Source: Octopus sinensis
Taxonomy: Eukaryota
Length of the DNA: 64,000 nt
Direction of reading: 5' to 3'
Assembly (NCBI RefSeq): GCF_006345805.1
Contig: NC_043012.1
Location: 13,330,001 to 13,394,000 of the forward strand
Shown one piece after another: positions 24,876 through 38,660 of this stretch. Position 1 is the first letter of the stretch, and every line of letters starts with the position of its first letter. Under the pieces are notes generated by a model that saw only the letters and a list, made by a program, of their open reading frames with translations, was not told where the DNA came from and ran no database searches. A program made the translations under genes and the position numbers.

Positions 24876-24880
<5 letters not shown>
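21421..24880. repeat. Near-identical ~1.75-kb direct tandem duplication bounded by (TA)n tracts
   Basis: 21421 onward matches 23170 onward (offset 1749). Apart from flanking (TA)n length, the only differences noticed are two 1-nt indels (ggacacaccacacg/ggacacacacacg; aataaagatc/aataagatc). Confidence 0.95.
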
Positions 24881-24971
<91 letters not shown>

Positions 24972-25794
24972 TGTGTGTGTGTGTGTGTATGTATATGCAT
25001 GCATTCATACATACATACATGCACACTTGCATAATGCATACATATATACATACATACTTAAACGCACGCACATATATGAAATACCCATCTTTCACCGCTG
25101 AAAATCGTAGTTTTCATTTAGCATTACTCGTTAAGCTCTCACCATTTAAACATTCATGTTCGGAAATAAATTTAATATTCTAATGTTATTTTGTATTTAT
25201 GAAAGTCCTGCAAGTTTTATTCAGTTCGTTTCAATTCATTTGTGTTATTTCATTTTATCTCATTTTGTGCCTCTTTTTAAAATATATGACTGGAGAAATG
25301 CCATATAACTATATTATAGATATCTGAAAATAGACTGTTCTTTAAATATGAGATATTATGTACAAATTTAATAATGCTGGACATATCTTTTACTTGCCTT
25401 TTGAGAACTGAAAAGTAATATAACTTTGAAAAAAAAAAGAAAAAGAGAAAGTGGAATATAAATATAAAATACAAGAAAACGTCTCTACGACACGTTGTAC
25501 AAGGAAATCAATGTGTTTTGAAGACCTTATCAAAATATGTTTGTGCAAATATAATGTAAAATATATGAATGATTTATTGTTAAAAAAGACATTCATTATT
25601 GCAATGAAAAATCGATACGTTGTGCATAAATATCCATCATTATTCTAATTCTTCAGGATATGAATATTGGTGAGCAGATGTGGTAAGTTTATTATGTGGT
25701 GCTATTAAGTTAGACATGGCCTGGACCAATCTTTGGTCGAAACATATCTAAGTTTATCTAAGTTTATATATATATATATATATATATATACAGA

Positions 25795-25953
25795 GGAGTA
25801 TGGTGGTTTTGTGATAAAAAGTTTGCTTCCCAACCACATGGTTCCGAGTTCAATCCCACTGCATGGCTCCTTGGGCAGGTCTTCGACTATAGCATCCGAT
25901 CGACCGGTACCTTGTGAATGGATTAGGTAGACTGAAACTGAAAGAAGACGGTC

Positions 25954-25990
<37 letters not shown>

Positions 25991-26208
25991 ATATATTATA
26001 TATATATATATATGTCTATATGTGTATTTTAGTATCTGTGTTTGTTCCCCCACCATCGCTTGACAACCGATGTTGGTGGGTTATCGCCTCCGTAACTTAA
26101 CGGTTCTGCAAATGAGAGCGACATAATAAATACTAGGCTAACAAAGACTAATTTCTGGGGTCGACCTGTTCGAATGTAGACGCACTCAAATGACTGAAAC
26201 AATTAAAA
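25795..26208 (+). mobile_element. tRNA-headed SINE (type 1)
   Basis: Same body as 8589-8952 with an expanded internal (TA)n. Confidence 0.75.
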
Positions 26209-26210
26209 GA

Positions 26211-26251
<41 letters not shown>

Positions 26252-29200
26252 AGTGTGTGTGTGCACACATATACACAACGTGGTGATTACATTTCGGAAT
26301 GTCAAACAGTAATACTTTGCAAGGTGTACGTTTGTCCACAGCACCAGTTAGCCGAGTACATTCTACAGTTGAATTACATTTGTGCATAACTATAATCTCT
26401 AAACCGTAAATTTTGTGTCTTAGAGTTCCCACTTTTATACTTTAGTACTAGTTGTCCTTACTATTTTTCTCTAGGTGAATCAATCAAAAAGTTTCAACAA
26501 TGGTTTCAGGGTGGTTGATTATTATTTGGTGTAGAAACTCCATAACTGATAGTAATTCCCGCAGTTCATATAAGTGACAATGTAGAGGGTAACCTCATTA
26601 TTGTTAGTGGTGATACATTCATATTTATAATGCGATAGATCGAATTCCCTGTTTTATTTTGTAAAGTATAGTAATTATTATGTGTATAAGATGAGAAGTG
26701 GTCCTTCAATATCGGTACGGTTGCATATATTATACATTTGCGAATCTGTGAAGGATCTAAGCTGATAAAATTGCATCTTCTGCCACAGCTATGAAACGTA
26801 TCTCAAACTGTTAAATATGTAGTTCGTAGTATATTACTTCACATGCGAAAATCAGAAAAAAACATCTTGAAAAATAGCTGTGCTTAGAAAGAATGAAATT
26901 TCACTGTTTATTCTCATGTTGAAAGTTCTGTATGTCAACAGGAGCCTTGTTATACAAAGGAAGTTGTTAAAAAGGATATATTTTGGATTCCTAAGCAAGG
27001 AAAATAAAACCGCAATATAAATAATAAGCATACATTGGTTACGATTACATTTCTGTCATAGTTGCATGTATGTAAGCACAGGAAAATGTTCAAACGATGA
27101 AATGATATACACACCACCTCGTAAAATTTCATGACAAATGGCTGATGAAGCAATGCTTACTCCTAAAATATCAATGAAATTTTATTCATGCAGAAAAGAC
27201 TTTCAAAAGTTATTAAGGCAGCAAATAATCCTCAATAATCCTCAAAGCAAAAGCGATGTAGAAATATACAAACCCATAAATATTATGCATTTCATATAAA
27301 ATGGAATTTAAAAGTCATTTTTAGAAAATGCAAAGATATGTAACTGAATTTTAAGAATGTGTGTGTGTACGTGTTCCTTTATTCTTTTACAGTGATGTGA
27401 CTGCAGCCATCCTGGAGCACACCTTAAACTGTTTTAGCCGAGGAAATCTAATATTTCTTCTATCGCCTCTTCTGCTGAATCGTTGTTACGAGAACATAAA
27501 CACATCAGCATCTGTTATCAAGTGAAGACGGGTGGACAAATAAAGACACACACACACACACACACACACACATCAATATGAGATCCCCTGTGTCTCGTTG
27601 GAGATTTTCTTTCTCCGTCTTCCCTTCTTTGGACCTTTCATAAGGAGATGATATGCAGCTAAATCTGTAAGAAGCCGGTGGGAAAAGTGTCCGATATAGT
27701 GTAAATAAATACAGTTGTGTCTGCATGGATAAGGGATTTTCCGTACTTTTACTGTCTCTGAACAAGGCTACACCTAACAAATCTTCAACAATAGAAATGT
27801 GTTCAAGCTATGTTCAACTCGTGTGTGTTCCCATTTCAGGAATACAGAATATAATCTACAGAATAATTTCCACAGTTGATAGTGCTGACCTAGTATTAAA
27901 TTTATTCATATTCAGAGAAGTTGCTTTGTATTGGAAGTGCCTATGTATGCAAGCACGGAAATACGCTGGCATGGGTTAGTAGGGTTGTGAGTTATTTGTC
28001 AACGAGGTTGATCCATTTATGTTTCTGTGTCAGCGAAACTTGGATATGAGTTAGTGAAACGAGGCGAGAGTTGATGTAAAAGGTAAAGGAAGAAAGATTT
28101 GGATTGTACGACCAAAATGTAAATGTATGTGGATGTAGTGAGGAGTGAGACAATATTGTATGGAATTTCCCCATAAAAACTAATCGGAAACAATGAAATA
28201 ATGGTGTTAGATACGTGGGAGAAAAGATTTTAGAGAAGAATATGGAAAAGAATATTTACAGTGCAACAGTGGTACGAAGATAATATTATGAGAGATAATA
28301 GAGTCTGTAAAGTCTGTAGAGTTGTTTGAACTGAAAACAGTAACATGAAAACAGTAGCATGAAAAAGATAATGAAAGAAAAGTTAACAATGCAGCTAATG
28401 TAGAGAGAATGGCAGTAATTTAATATACTTATTACAGTAAAATCAATTTCAATAAGAAATTAATATTACTATTTTTTAAACTTTATGTGAGAAGAAATTT
28501 AAAAGCAGCACAGTAAATCATGATATACATAAATATACATAAATAAGTATGCGTATACACATACATATCCATAACTAAAACGGCACCCAATAATACATCA
28601 AAATTGTTGCTTTATGTGTGCAATAGCAAAAATATCGAAAGTATAAATCGTAGAAAAGGATGCTTCAACGTTTTGCGAAGGACAAGCAATAGAACAAAGT
28701 ATAATTAAAATGCTGTTAAATATGATCGCATTACTTTCTCAGTTCCAATACCATGAGTATCATGTTAACATTCATCTATCTGTCTTTCAAAAGAGAATTC
28801 CTGTGTAAATTTGCGATTAGAATGTACTGTCTTAAATTCCATTTTCTCAGCAATTTCTAAAACTATTAATTGTATAGAATGTACACAAATGGACAGTTCC
28901 AAGTACCAGTTTTACACAAAGAACATATGCAATGGATTTAAAGCACAATGCATTTCACTATTTATATATCTGCATTTGGAAATATATAATATTTGTGCCT
29001 TCACAAAAGAAGCAGGTATTTCTATACGTTCTCGAGAAAAGTAATTGTGATAAAATCAAATGACAGCGTTGCGTATCTTTAACGTGGTTTCCTTTTTCTT
29101 TCTCTTTATATTTTCATTTTCATTCTCTATATTATGATTCCATTCTATGCATGGTATATATTTCAAAAGAGTAGTTGAAAGATGATGTAAAAATTATCTT

Positions 29201-29441
29201 TATAAAACTCATTCGGAAGTTTTACAGAAAGCTCAGTAAACAATGCGGAGATTGCGTCGTTTTCAGTCATTCAGAGGCGAAATATAGAATTAATGGCATC
29301 CGTTGTGCTTTAATATTTGTTGTTTACTATCATTTCTAAGGTTTCTAATTTTTGATACTGAAAATATTATTATTTTAGTTACTATTTCAAAGCTTTTCGT
29401 ACACACTGAAAGTAATGGTAGTTTCATTTTTTTTACTACTA

Positions 29442-30587
29442 CTACGAAGATGTCGACAAGGAAATAATGATAAAGAGTAGTAGAAATATAACAATTATTG
29501 ACAAAATTATTTGGTCCAGTTTCTTATAGCTTAATAAATGCTTTATACAAGGCTTTATAGCTTTTATTTTAATATTTTGTTCATCTGAAATTTCTGAGAC
29601 ACCAACTCTATTTCTTTTTCCGTTTGATTCTTGTGTGATTTCGGGAGCGGAATTGGTGTTGGCTCCAGTCTGGTTCGCGTACAATTTACACACAATTACC
29701 GCGGAAATAGAAGAACATCCACTGACAAGTGTCAGAATTAAGAGATATATTAGATATATAGATGCTTCACGAGAATTATTACCCAATGTTTTTTCAGTTT
29801 CAGAAAGGAAAACGATATTTGTAAGAAAAACAGTGATTGCAACAGAAACTTTTTCTCCAGATTCAGGTGGTAGTAAATGGACAGAAATGATCAAAAAAGT
29901 TAACATTATTGGAGGTATAATTTTTGTTACTGTTGCACTGCTAACTTTTCTCTTGCCGTGAAGTATAAGACCAACTGCTACAATATTATCATTTTCCACA
30001 TCAGATGTTTCAAAATCAAAGTCCCATTGACTAGATTCAGATTGGAGTTTTATGTCGTAATCAAAATTACCCACTGTTTCTTCCACATACAACTGATGCG
30101 CAAAGCAAACAGATATATCACACACGTGCTCATCAAAAGGATATTTTTCAACGTTAATCTTGCAGTAAGTTTCGAATATTTTGTCTATATATAAGTGAAC
30201 GTCTCCGTTCCTATTTATTGTTACTTCTTTGTTCTCATCAAAACTAAATTTACCTGTTACACTATTACATATTTGTACGTTAGGATACCATACATCACTT
30301 AATTTGGCATTTATGTACCCTATATTATATTGTGTATCAGTCCATTTCAGATTAACGTCGTTCCATTCGAAGCCGAGTATAAGATTACTTGCGAGTGCAC
30401 CTTTTAGAATATCTAATTCTATAATTTTCTTTAGCGTAAGTGATACATTTGCGTATATGATGTCGTCATCGGATTCAACAGGTCTCTTTGTTTTATCGTA
30501 CTTGTTAAATAACATCTTTCGGAGCGCGCTTTTCTGGGACGAAATGCTTCCAATTAGCGTAAAAATTAAGATGACTATTAATTTCAT
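29442..30587 (-). CDS. Cephalopod chemotactile receptor-like Cys-loop channel subunit, CR-B (381 aa)
   Basis: Single-exon ORF: signal peptide, WYPNVQICN, CKINVEKYPFDEHVC, LPPESGEKVSVAITVFLTNIVF, M3, short M3-M4 loop, M4; lacks the ACh-binding loop B Trp and loop C YxCC. Confidence 0.96.
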   Translation of the reverse strand: MKLIVILIFTLIGSISSQKSALRKMLFNKYDKTKRPVESDDDIIYANVSLTLKKIIELDILKGALASNLILGFEWNDVNLKWTDTQYNIGYINAKLSDVWYPNVQICNSVTGKFSFDENKEVTINRNGDVHLYIDKIFETYCKINVEKYPFDEHVCDISVCFAHQLYVEETVGNFDYDIKLQSESSQWDFDFETSDVENDNIVAVGLILHGKRKVSSATVTKIIPPIMLTFLIISVHLLPPESGEKVSVAITVFLTNIVFLSETEKTLGNNSREASIYLIYLLILTLVSGCSSISAVIVCKLYANQTGANTNSAPEITQESNGKRNRVGVSEISDEQNIKIKAIKPCIKHLLSYKKLDQIILSIIVIFLLLFIIISLSTSS

Positions 30588-30977
30588 GTTTATATTGATT
30601 AAATGAAAATATTCCCTTTTATTTTGCGCTCAGTGTCTGAAGCTTGATTATATATTAGATAGTTAGAAATATTTCATGTATATACGAAACACATCAGGGA
30701 GTTTGATGAGTAATTTCTTTCTTTTTTTTTTTTGTTTTTGCTATTATACTCGTTAGAGTAATTTAAGATGCATGAGGTGTTCAAAACGATTGCTCCACAA
30801 ATCTAAATAAGAACATTTAAAGTGAATCAGTTCGAAATACCTTACGTTACAGTCTATATTTTAAAAATATAAATAAAAATATGTTTTTATAATTCAGCAT
30901 ACCGTGCCATGAATGCTGGTCTTCGCGTACAAGTAGCCGTGTAGATCATCTCCGTATCAGTGTAGGTGTGAAGAGAA

Positions 30978-31012
30978 AAATGACGCCGTTTCAACATTAA
31001 CGCCCTTAAATA
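30978..31012 (-). promoter_or_regulatory. Candidate TATA + initiator of CR-B
   Basis: TATTTAAG begins at 31012 and TCATTT (TCAKTY-type Inr) has its A at 30981, i.e. the TATA starts at -31. Confidence 0.5.
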
Positions 31013-31594
31013 AGTCATGCGGTTTCTCTACGACTGTCGTCCTCTCATTTTTCTTGCTACCCTTCCCTCCTTTATGTGTATATCTACTTATGTATTTGTT
31101 TCAAGCACAAACATGTCAAATGTTTTAAAGTTCGAGTACATATTGGAAAACACTGCAATTACTCGATGTATCAGATGATTACACTTAATCTATTTATAAT
31201 TCATAACACGTAAAGTAAAATCTTATGTTTGTAATGTGAGTTTTTGTGATATAGTTGTCCATCCTATCCGTTTAGTGATATATCATCATGTACCGTTTAA
31301 AACAGCCTGCCCACAATGTTAAACGTGAACAGGCACGCCGATGTCTTCTAGTCATATATGGTTAGATATAAGAATAATTACTCACTTTATTGATAAATAT
31401 TTAACGTCACATATTGAACAGCAGAAGCTATCAGGGATGTGTCGTTCGCATCTTGTTTTCTTATTCCGTGTTTTGTTCGATCCCACGGCTATAATATATG
31501 GGTCAGCCTGCGACTATACTCATGGGTTGAGTGACACGTTGTGAGTGGGTTTCGAGTGCATTTAAACAAAATAACGCTGGGCGTCTATCAATCT

Positions 31595-31685
31595 ATCTAT
31601 ATATCTATCTATCTATCTAGTTATCTATCTGCCTGCCTATTTGTCTTTCTATCTATCAATCTATTTATCTACTATTTATGTCATC

Positions 31686-31741
<56 letters not shown>

Positions 31742-31759
31742 TATCATTATCATTATTAA

Positions 31760-31805
<46 letters not shown>

Positions 31806-31809
31806 GTTA

Positions 31810-31905
<96 letters not shown>
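31595..31905. repeat. Compound microsatellite (TATC)n-(ATC)n-(ATT)n
   Basis: Direct inspection; produces spurious poly-H/I/L/N/S ORFs. Confidence 0.95.
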
Positions 31906-32829
31906 GGTGGTGAGCTGGGAGAATCGATTATGCTGGTGTCGACTTTGCCTTTCTTCCTTTCGGGGACGATAAAGTCTGTAGCATAAATTGAATAGAAATA
32001 ACAAGATTCCATACGCTCCTATGCTCTTCTGTAAGCTCCTATCGACCTTCCGGACAAATTTGTGAAAGACACATACAAAGTGGTCAATGAAGAGCCCGCC
32101 TAATTTGAAACCCATGAACAGTCAAACTGAAAACATCCGGAAAGCAACTTCAAACGCCACTCCTAAAAACAGCACTGAATGTAACAATAGTTGTAATGAT
32201 AACATTCAAGACAGAACCGTAACGAATAACAGAGACAGGAAAGCAGGTGATGCAGACGGGAAAAATGATGTTCTCCAGAAGCCCTGAAAGCAAGAACTAA
32301 AACAAAGATAAAGACTCGATATACCAAAAATGTCACCTGGACAGAATTTGACAGAGCCCAGATTGTTAGTCAAATCTATTTAAATGGCACCTGCTGGCGT
32401 AGGGAAAAGCGAACAAACTGCAAGTTGTCCCATACGAAGCCTTTTCATAATAACGGGCAGAATAACCGCCTACGACATCACCAGCTTGTACGCAGAAGAA
32501 GGAAACCATCAAACATGGACCTACTCACAATACAAGGACAAATTAGGTCTCGTAGGGATACGTAGATAAACCAATATATACCCTCTACACCTCTGAATAA
32601 ATAAAATGTATAGGCTGTGAGAACTACTGTTAGCGAACAGCAAGCATATTTTATCATAGTTCAAAAGACATTACAATAGATGACATGGTAGTAAATGATG
32701 CGAAATCAAATCCATGCATTTCAATACACAAAGCCAACGAAAGTGACAGACTCAAGATGGCAACTATTAACACCTATAAAAACTTCCAGATACCGAACAC
32801 ATATTTTTTTTAATACTGGAGGCCTATTA

Positions 32830-34330
32830 CACATCAGTAACATAGGTAAAATGCTGTATCTGAAAGAGCTTTCCGCATGCAATAAAGCAATATGTATGGC
32901 GCTTATAGAAACGCTTCTAACCTCTAATATAACAGATGGAAAAATACGTATACCAGGGTATGTTGTATTTTGTATAAGAAGAAGAGAAAGAAGTTCTGGA
33001 GGATTTGCTATGTACATCCGCCAAGACATCTCACCTCTTGAACTATAGTCATACTCAAACAGTTTGTGACGCTTTAGTAAAACATGTAAAGCAAATTGAT
33101 GTAGTAATATGTACAACATACCGTCCAGTAACTGCCGCAAAATAGGATGGTAAATTTGAGGATAGCTTCAGACGCATAAAAGAGGCATTGACAAACCTGA
33201 TCCAACATATCAATACACTACTCATGGGTTACTTCAACATCCCAAATGTTACATGGCTAGAAAGTATCATCTCTCGATGACATCACTACAGGAACAAAGA
33301 CAATTAAAAGCATTACTTGAACTTTGTAATATGCTGTTCGTGGAAAAATGTCACACTAGCCAATCAGGCGTAACAGCATCTTGGATCTCTGCTTCTCAAA
33401 TAATGTGAACACTATTCATTACCAGAAGGAGACGCCTGAGCACTTTCGGAAAAAAAAACATTATCAGTCTCACATTTTATGCTTTTACATGAACTGTTGC
33501 ATCTACCCTATTAGAAAGATTCAGTCATATATAAATTGAATTTGAATAAAACAAAATGAAAATCAATATGCAGAGAGATCCAAAACTGATCAGCCATTCT
33601 GTCTACATAAGACATTGACTTAAAATGCAGTTGGTTTATGTTGGGACACATCTAGATGAAATAATTCAGTTAAATTCTTTAATATTCCAACTGCAGACGA
33701 AGGCGGCAACCATCTATTACATCGACATTGAGGAGACAGATGTAACAGCGGCCAGAGACGAAATGGACTTAAGTTCAGCAAATGATCTCGATGTTTTTCC
33801 AACTATTCTCCTGAAGTCATTTAAACAGGCTTTAAAGAAATCACTGCAAACAATTTTCCAAAGTTTCCTTGCAAGGGGAAACTATCGAAAATGCTAAAAG
33901 AACGAAAAAAAGCGTTATATGCGCCTTGCTTAATGATGGTGGCAGAGTAGAATCTACAAAACTCCAAGCTAATCTCTTTGATTTCAAATATCAGTTAAGA
34001 TATGGACCGAATCGTTGGAAAGAAACTGGTAACGTTCCACGAAGAAAAGGACTTATTGGACATCGCTTTCATCTAGGGCGAAGCTGACTTACACAGCCCA
34101 GGGGTTGAAGCAGCTCTTTGACCATTCCGATGTGTATGTACGATATATTGACTTCACAAAGCAATTGATAAGGTGTATCATAGCATATGTCACAATCTGC
34201 GTGACCTTTGCATAGTTGCTAGACTGTGTGAGTGACTGCAAGACTTCTTAAAAGTTATAAGTTGGCAGTAGGAAAAGATGGTGCCCTTTCTAAGGAAACT
34301 CAAATTCGGGGTGGCATGCAAAGCACAATG
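32830..34330 (+). mobile_element. Decayed APE-RT LINE ORF2 (chicken-repeat-1/L2-group-like)
   Basis: ALIETLLTSNITDGKIRIPGY...GGFAMYIRQDI (APE), TYRP, LLMGYFNIPNVTW, then RT-proximal FPTILLKSFKQALKKSLQTIFQSFL and YIDFTKQFDKVYH; many lesions. Confidence 0.7.
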
Positions 34331-35023
34331 AAATCAATATACCTTTTAAATTGGCAAGAAAATAGTGCATGATTGTATCGACTTCCGAGATCTTAGAAAT
34401 ATATTACTAGACAGTAAATAGCCGGTTGCTTTAATCAGAAAGGGAATAGAATGTAGAGGTATATATGCTGATGGATGATGTTTTATGCAATAAACCTTGA
34501 ATTGTGTGTTGAAACAAAAACAAAGTTTGAAGTGTGACAGTGGGTTTCTTTGTTTTTCCTAATTTTTGCACCTTTAATCCCGTTTTCTTCCCATTTATAC
34601 CTTCTCTGATAAACATTTTATTTAGTAACTTGTACCATTGATAAGCGAGAAATTGTTGAAACCGGTCCGGTATTTCAATGATTGTATTACAAAATTTAAG
34701 AAGAAATGCATGTTTTGACATTTAGATACGTTTTCAGTCTCTGAATCAAATTCTCCTACATATAGATACATACACACACACAGACAGACACACACGCATA
34801 TATATATATATACACGTAGGTATGTATATATATATATATATATTATATATATATATATGCATGCATGTATATATCTGTGTGTTAAAAAGCTTTCCTCACA
34901 ATTATATGGTTCTGGGTTCAGTCCCACTGCGTGGTACTATAGCCTCGGGCCAACTAAAACCTTGTGAGTGGATTTGGTACATGGGATGTGAAAGACGCCC
35001 GTTGCATATATATATATTATATA

Positions 35024-35151
<128 letters not shown>

Positions 35152-36117
35152 TATATGTCACAATTATCCGGTAGCTATAATAAAACTCCGAGTTTCGGAT
35201 GCCGAAACCATTTTCACGAATGGTGCGGGTGAGGCTGTGTACGTTTCAAGTGAGGGTGGATGAATGTATACTTCTAGACGCATCCACGTTGGTGTGCGGG
35301 CGCGCATGTGAAGGTGTGAACATGCGCGCTTACGCAAATACTAGGAACTGTTTACCCCCTTACTTTTACTCCCTCCCCTCACTTAGCGGTCATTCGAATA
35401 GCACCTTTGTCTTAATAACGGTCAATTACACAGTAATTTCCCTTTGTATAACGGTCATTTCTCATAGTATTTTTCCGAATAATAGCCGAGTCTGTGTCTA
35501 TCATAGCATTTATTGACACTGCGCGTTCTTTACTTGATCAATAAAATCAATACAAGATTTAAGAGTAAACACAGAGAAAATAAGATTTGTCAAACCTCCA
35601 TAATGATGATCTAGTGTCTTTGCAGTCAAACGGATGACTTTATAATTAATAAGAGGATAGAAAGCCAACATTAACTGTATTACCAGGATGACCAAATTTA
35701 TTTAATACTAACATTATTTTGAATCAGTTGTTATATACTTTGAATCTGTCTACCAATATATTAAATTAAACTGTCATAGTTTAATGGTATCCGTGTATCT
35801 GGACCATCCAGTAAAAGGAATTATTTGGTAGTCTTCGCAATTAGCAGAATATGTTTTTCTTTTATATCAATAATATAACTCGAGACATTTTACAAAACTC
35901 TGCTATAAATATTTGAAAATATACGACAGTTTTGTTCTAAATATGATTTACTATAAACACATTTATAAATTCTGTAAATACATTTCAATAACTGAGTACG
36001 AATTGAAGGGTAAATTACCTTAACACATCAAGTGAAAATTAATATAAACTATATAAAACCGTGTATGTGACACATCATATAAATATGTTAAAACTGTCAG
36101 CAATTATTAATAGTAAA

Positions 36118-36354
36118 TTTTACTTCTTTCAGTCAGTTGACTGCGGCCATGCTGGAGCACCGCCTTTGGTCGAGCAACTCGACCCAGGGACTTATTCTTT
36201 GAAAGCCCAGTACTTATTCTATCAATCTCCTCTGCCGAACCGCTAGGTGACGGGGACATAAACACACCAGCATCGGTTGTCAAGCAATGCTAGGGGGACA
36301 AACACAGACTCATAAACATACACGCACATATATATATATATTTATATATATATC

Positions 36355-36390
<36 letters not shown>

Positions 36391-36394
36391 ATAT

Positions 36395-36439
<45 letters not shown>

Positions 36440-36603
36440 TACGACGGGCTTCTTTCAGTTTCCGTCTATCAAATCCACTCACAAGGCTTTGGTCAGCCGA
36501 GGCTATAGTAGAAGACACGTGCCCAAGGTGCCACGCAGTGGGACTGAACCCGGAACCATGTGGTTGGTAAGCAAGCTACTTACCACACAGCCACTCCTGC
36601 GCC
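36118..36603 (-). mobile_element. Full-length tRNA-headed SINE (type 1)
   Basis: Reverse complement of the 8589 family from head (ggcgcaggagtggctgtgtggtaagtagcttgc) to tail. Confidence 0.85.
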
Positions 36604-37199
36604 TATATACATATTTTCATTTATTTCAAACAACATATAAGACTTATTTTTATGCGAAAATAATGTAAGATATATATGAATAAGTTTTAAATTTTACAGA
36701 CTCTCATAATTACATTGAAAGAGTTATAATGAGAGCACAAGTACGCAGCATTTCTCTTTTTGTACAAGGATCATAAATACTGATTAGTAGTTCTGGTCAC
36801 TATATCTTCAAATACATAAACTCGTAAGAATATTTTAAAGTTTCACATATCAATAATTTTCAAGGTATATGTTTATCCACACGCTCTGTTATGCGCTGTA
36901 TTTAACCATATATATTGCATAGAATAACTATTGATGTTTTACGATTAAATCTTAACTTCAATAACTAATTTTGCGGCCTGGTTTGTGAGAAACAAAGACA
37001 TAAAATCGAAATGAGATCGAAGTTTAAAGTAACGGCAGCTATATATTACGTAGCGATAATAGTAATGTGTAAGTCAGGAGAGCAAATTACACAGAGATTA
37101 TGTTATTCAAAGTGTATCTAATATGTGTATAACGAAATACTCTTTATTTGAAAATAGATAATATCTCTCTTTTTCTTTTCTGTTTTTTTTCTTTTTCCG

Positions 37200-37489
37200 A
37201 CCAGGCTATCGGATGTTGCTACACCTCGCTGGTCACAATGCGATTCGCATTATTTTAGCATTCTAATAACGCCACCCCGCTGGCTAAGCGAGCGGGCCAA
37301 CAGAAGAAAGAGTGAGAGAAATTTGTGGCGAAAGAGTACAGCAAGGATCGCCACAGCCACCTGCCGGAGCCTGGTGGAGCTCTACGTGTTTTCGCCCAAT
37401 AAACACTCACAACGCCCGGTCTGGGAATCGAAAGCGCGATCCTACGACCGCGCGTCCGCTGCCCTAACCACTGGGCCATTGCACCTCCA
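37200..37489 (-). mobile_element. tRNA-headed SINE (type 3 variant)
   Basis: Head GGAGGTGCAATGGCCCAGTGGTTAGGGCAGCGG; body matches 61070-61340. Confidence 0.75.
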
Positions 37490-37550
37490 CTTATAGATAA
37501 TATAATTTTATATATCTGTGTCTTTGTGTTTGTATGTGTGTGTGCGTTCG

Positions 37551-37587
<37 letters not shown>

Positions 37588-37809
37588 GCAGCGTGGAAGG
37601 TGTTTGTAAGCCATTTAAGAAACACACAAAAGCCGTTCGATTCACTCCAACATTTAAGTTTAATTTGTCACAATATTTTCGTCGCTAAAATCCGCGACCT
37701 CTTCACTGACAAAAATCCGTGCTGCATCTCTGTTTCTTAAATGGCTTACAAACACCTTCCATGCTGATCAAATTACTTGCTATGCGAGTACATCTCCTAT
37801 ATATATATT

Positions 37810-37854
<45 letters not shown>

Positions 37855-37929
37855 TAAAGAAAAAACATTTGATACTTATCTTGTATATGTGACATAGTTC
37901 GACATTGGGGCATATTTCTTTTTGCGAGA

Positions 37930-38660
37930 AGTTTGTGTGCTGTGTTTGTTCACGTTTATGATAGGAGCTATCCTGGTAGGAATGCCCTAGTCTATAGGGA
38001 CTCTTCTTTGAAGTATTTCAGTGTAAAAGTTTGCTTGTGTAAGCAGGGAGAGCATGTTCCATCCCTACTGTTTAAGATGTTAACTTTTCATTGTAAAATG
38101 TTTAATTTTTCAGTAATAGGGAGCTCCCATTGTACCCTGTCCACTGCATATTTTGACTTTAGCAATAATTTTCAATTCTATCTGTTTTTGTCTCTGAATG
38201 ATGGAAGTGTTGTGTATACCTTTCCTTGAACGAGTTGTCCGTCAATCCGATATACGTTTTTGCTGTTGCATTTGGGGTCCGTGATATTGGCCTTGAATAA
38301 AAGTTCATTCTGGAGACTGTTTTTATAATTAGAGTGCAGTAGAGTTGGAATGTGTAATTGCATTGTCATTCTGGGGTGTTTCTGGTGTGTTTATATATTG
38401 TTATTGAGTAATATTGACCCTGTATTGGTGGGGGGCGGCGATTTTAGGTAACTCTAATAGTATTTCTGTTCAAAATCTTGAGGTACTTGTGTGGATGTGT
38501 AATGTGGTTGTTTATTACTTTTAAGAATTTCCTAGCTATCTTGGTAGCTGCCTTTATGCTATAAGATAGGTTGAATCATAAACTTTTCCTCTGTCTGTGT
38601 CTTGGGTCTATTTATATTAATGTAGTGTGTGTTATTCTTGAAGTTGGAACTTTCTAATGC
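37930..38660 (-). mobile_element. Penelope-like element C-terminal region with GIY-YIG endonuclease relic
   Basis: KILNRNTIRV, LLFKANIT (GIY-equivalent), KTYIGLTDNSFKERYTQH (YIG and catalytic Arg); frameshifted. Confidence 0.7.

Noticed and set aside
27990-28430. GA-rich blocks here and at 8960-9400 that may be LINE endonuclease relics
   Set aside because: No diagnostic APE motifs recovered by eye.
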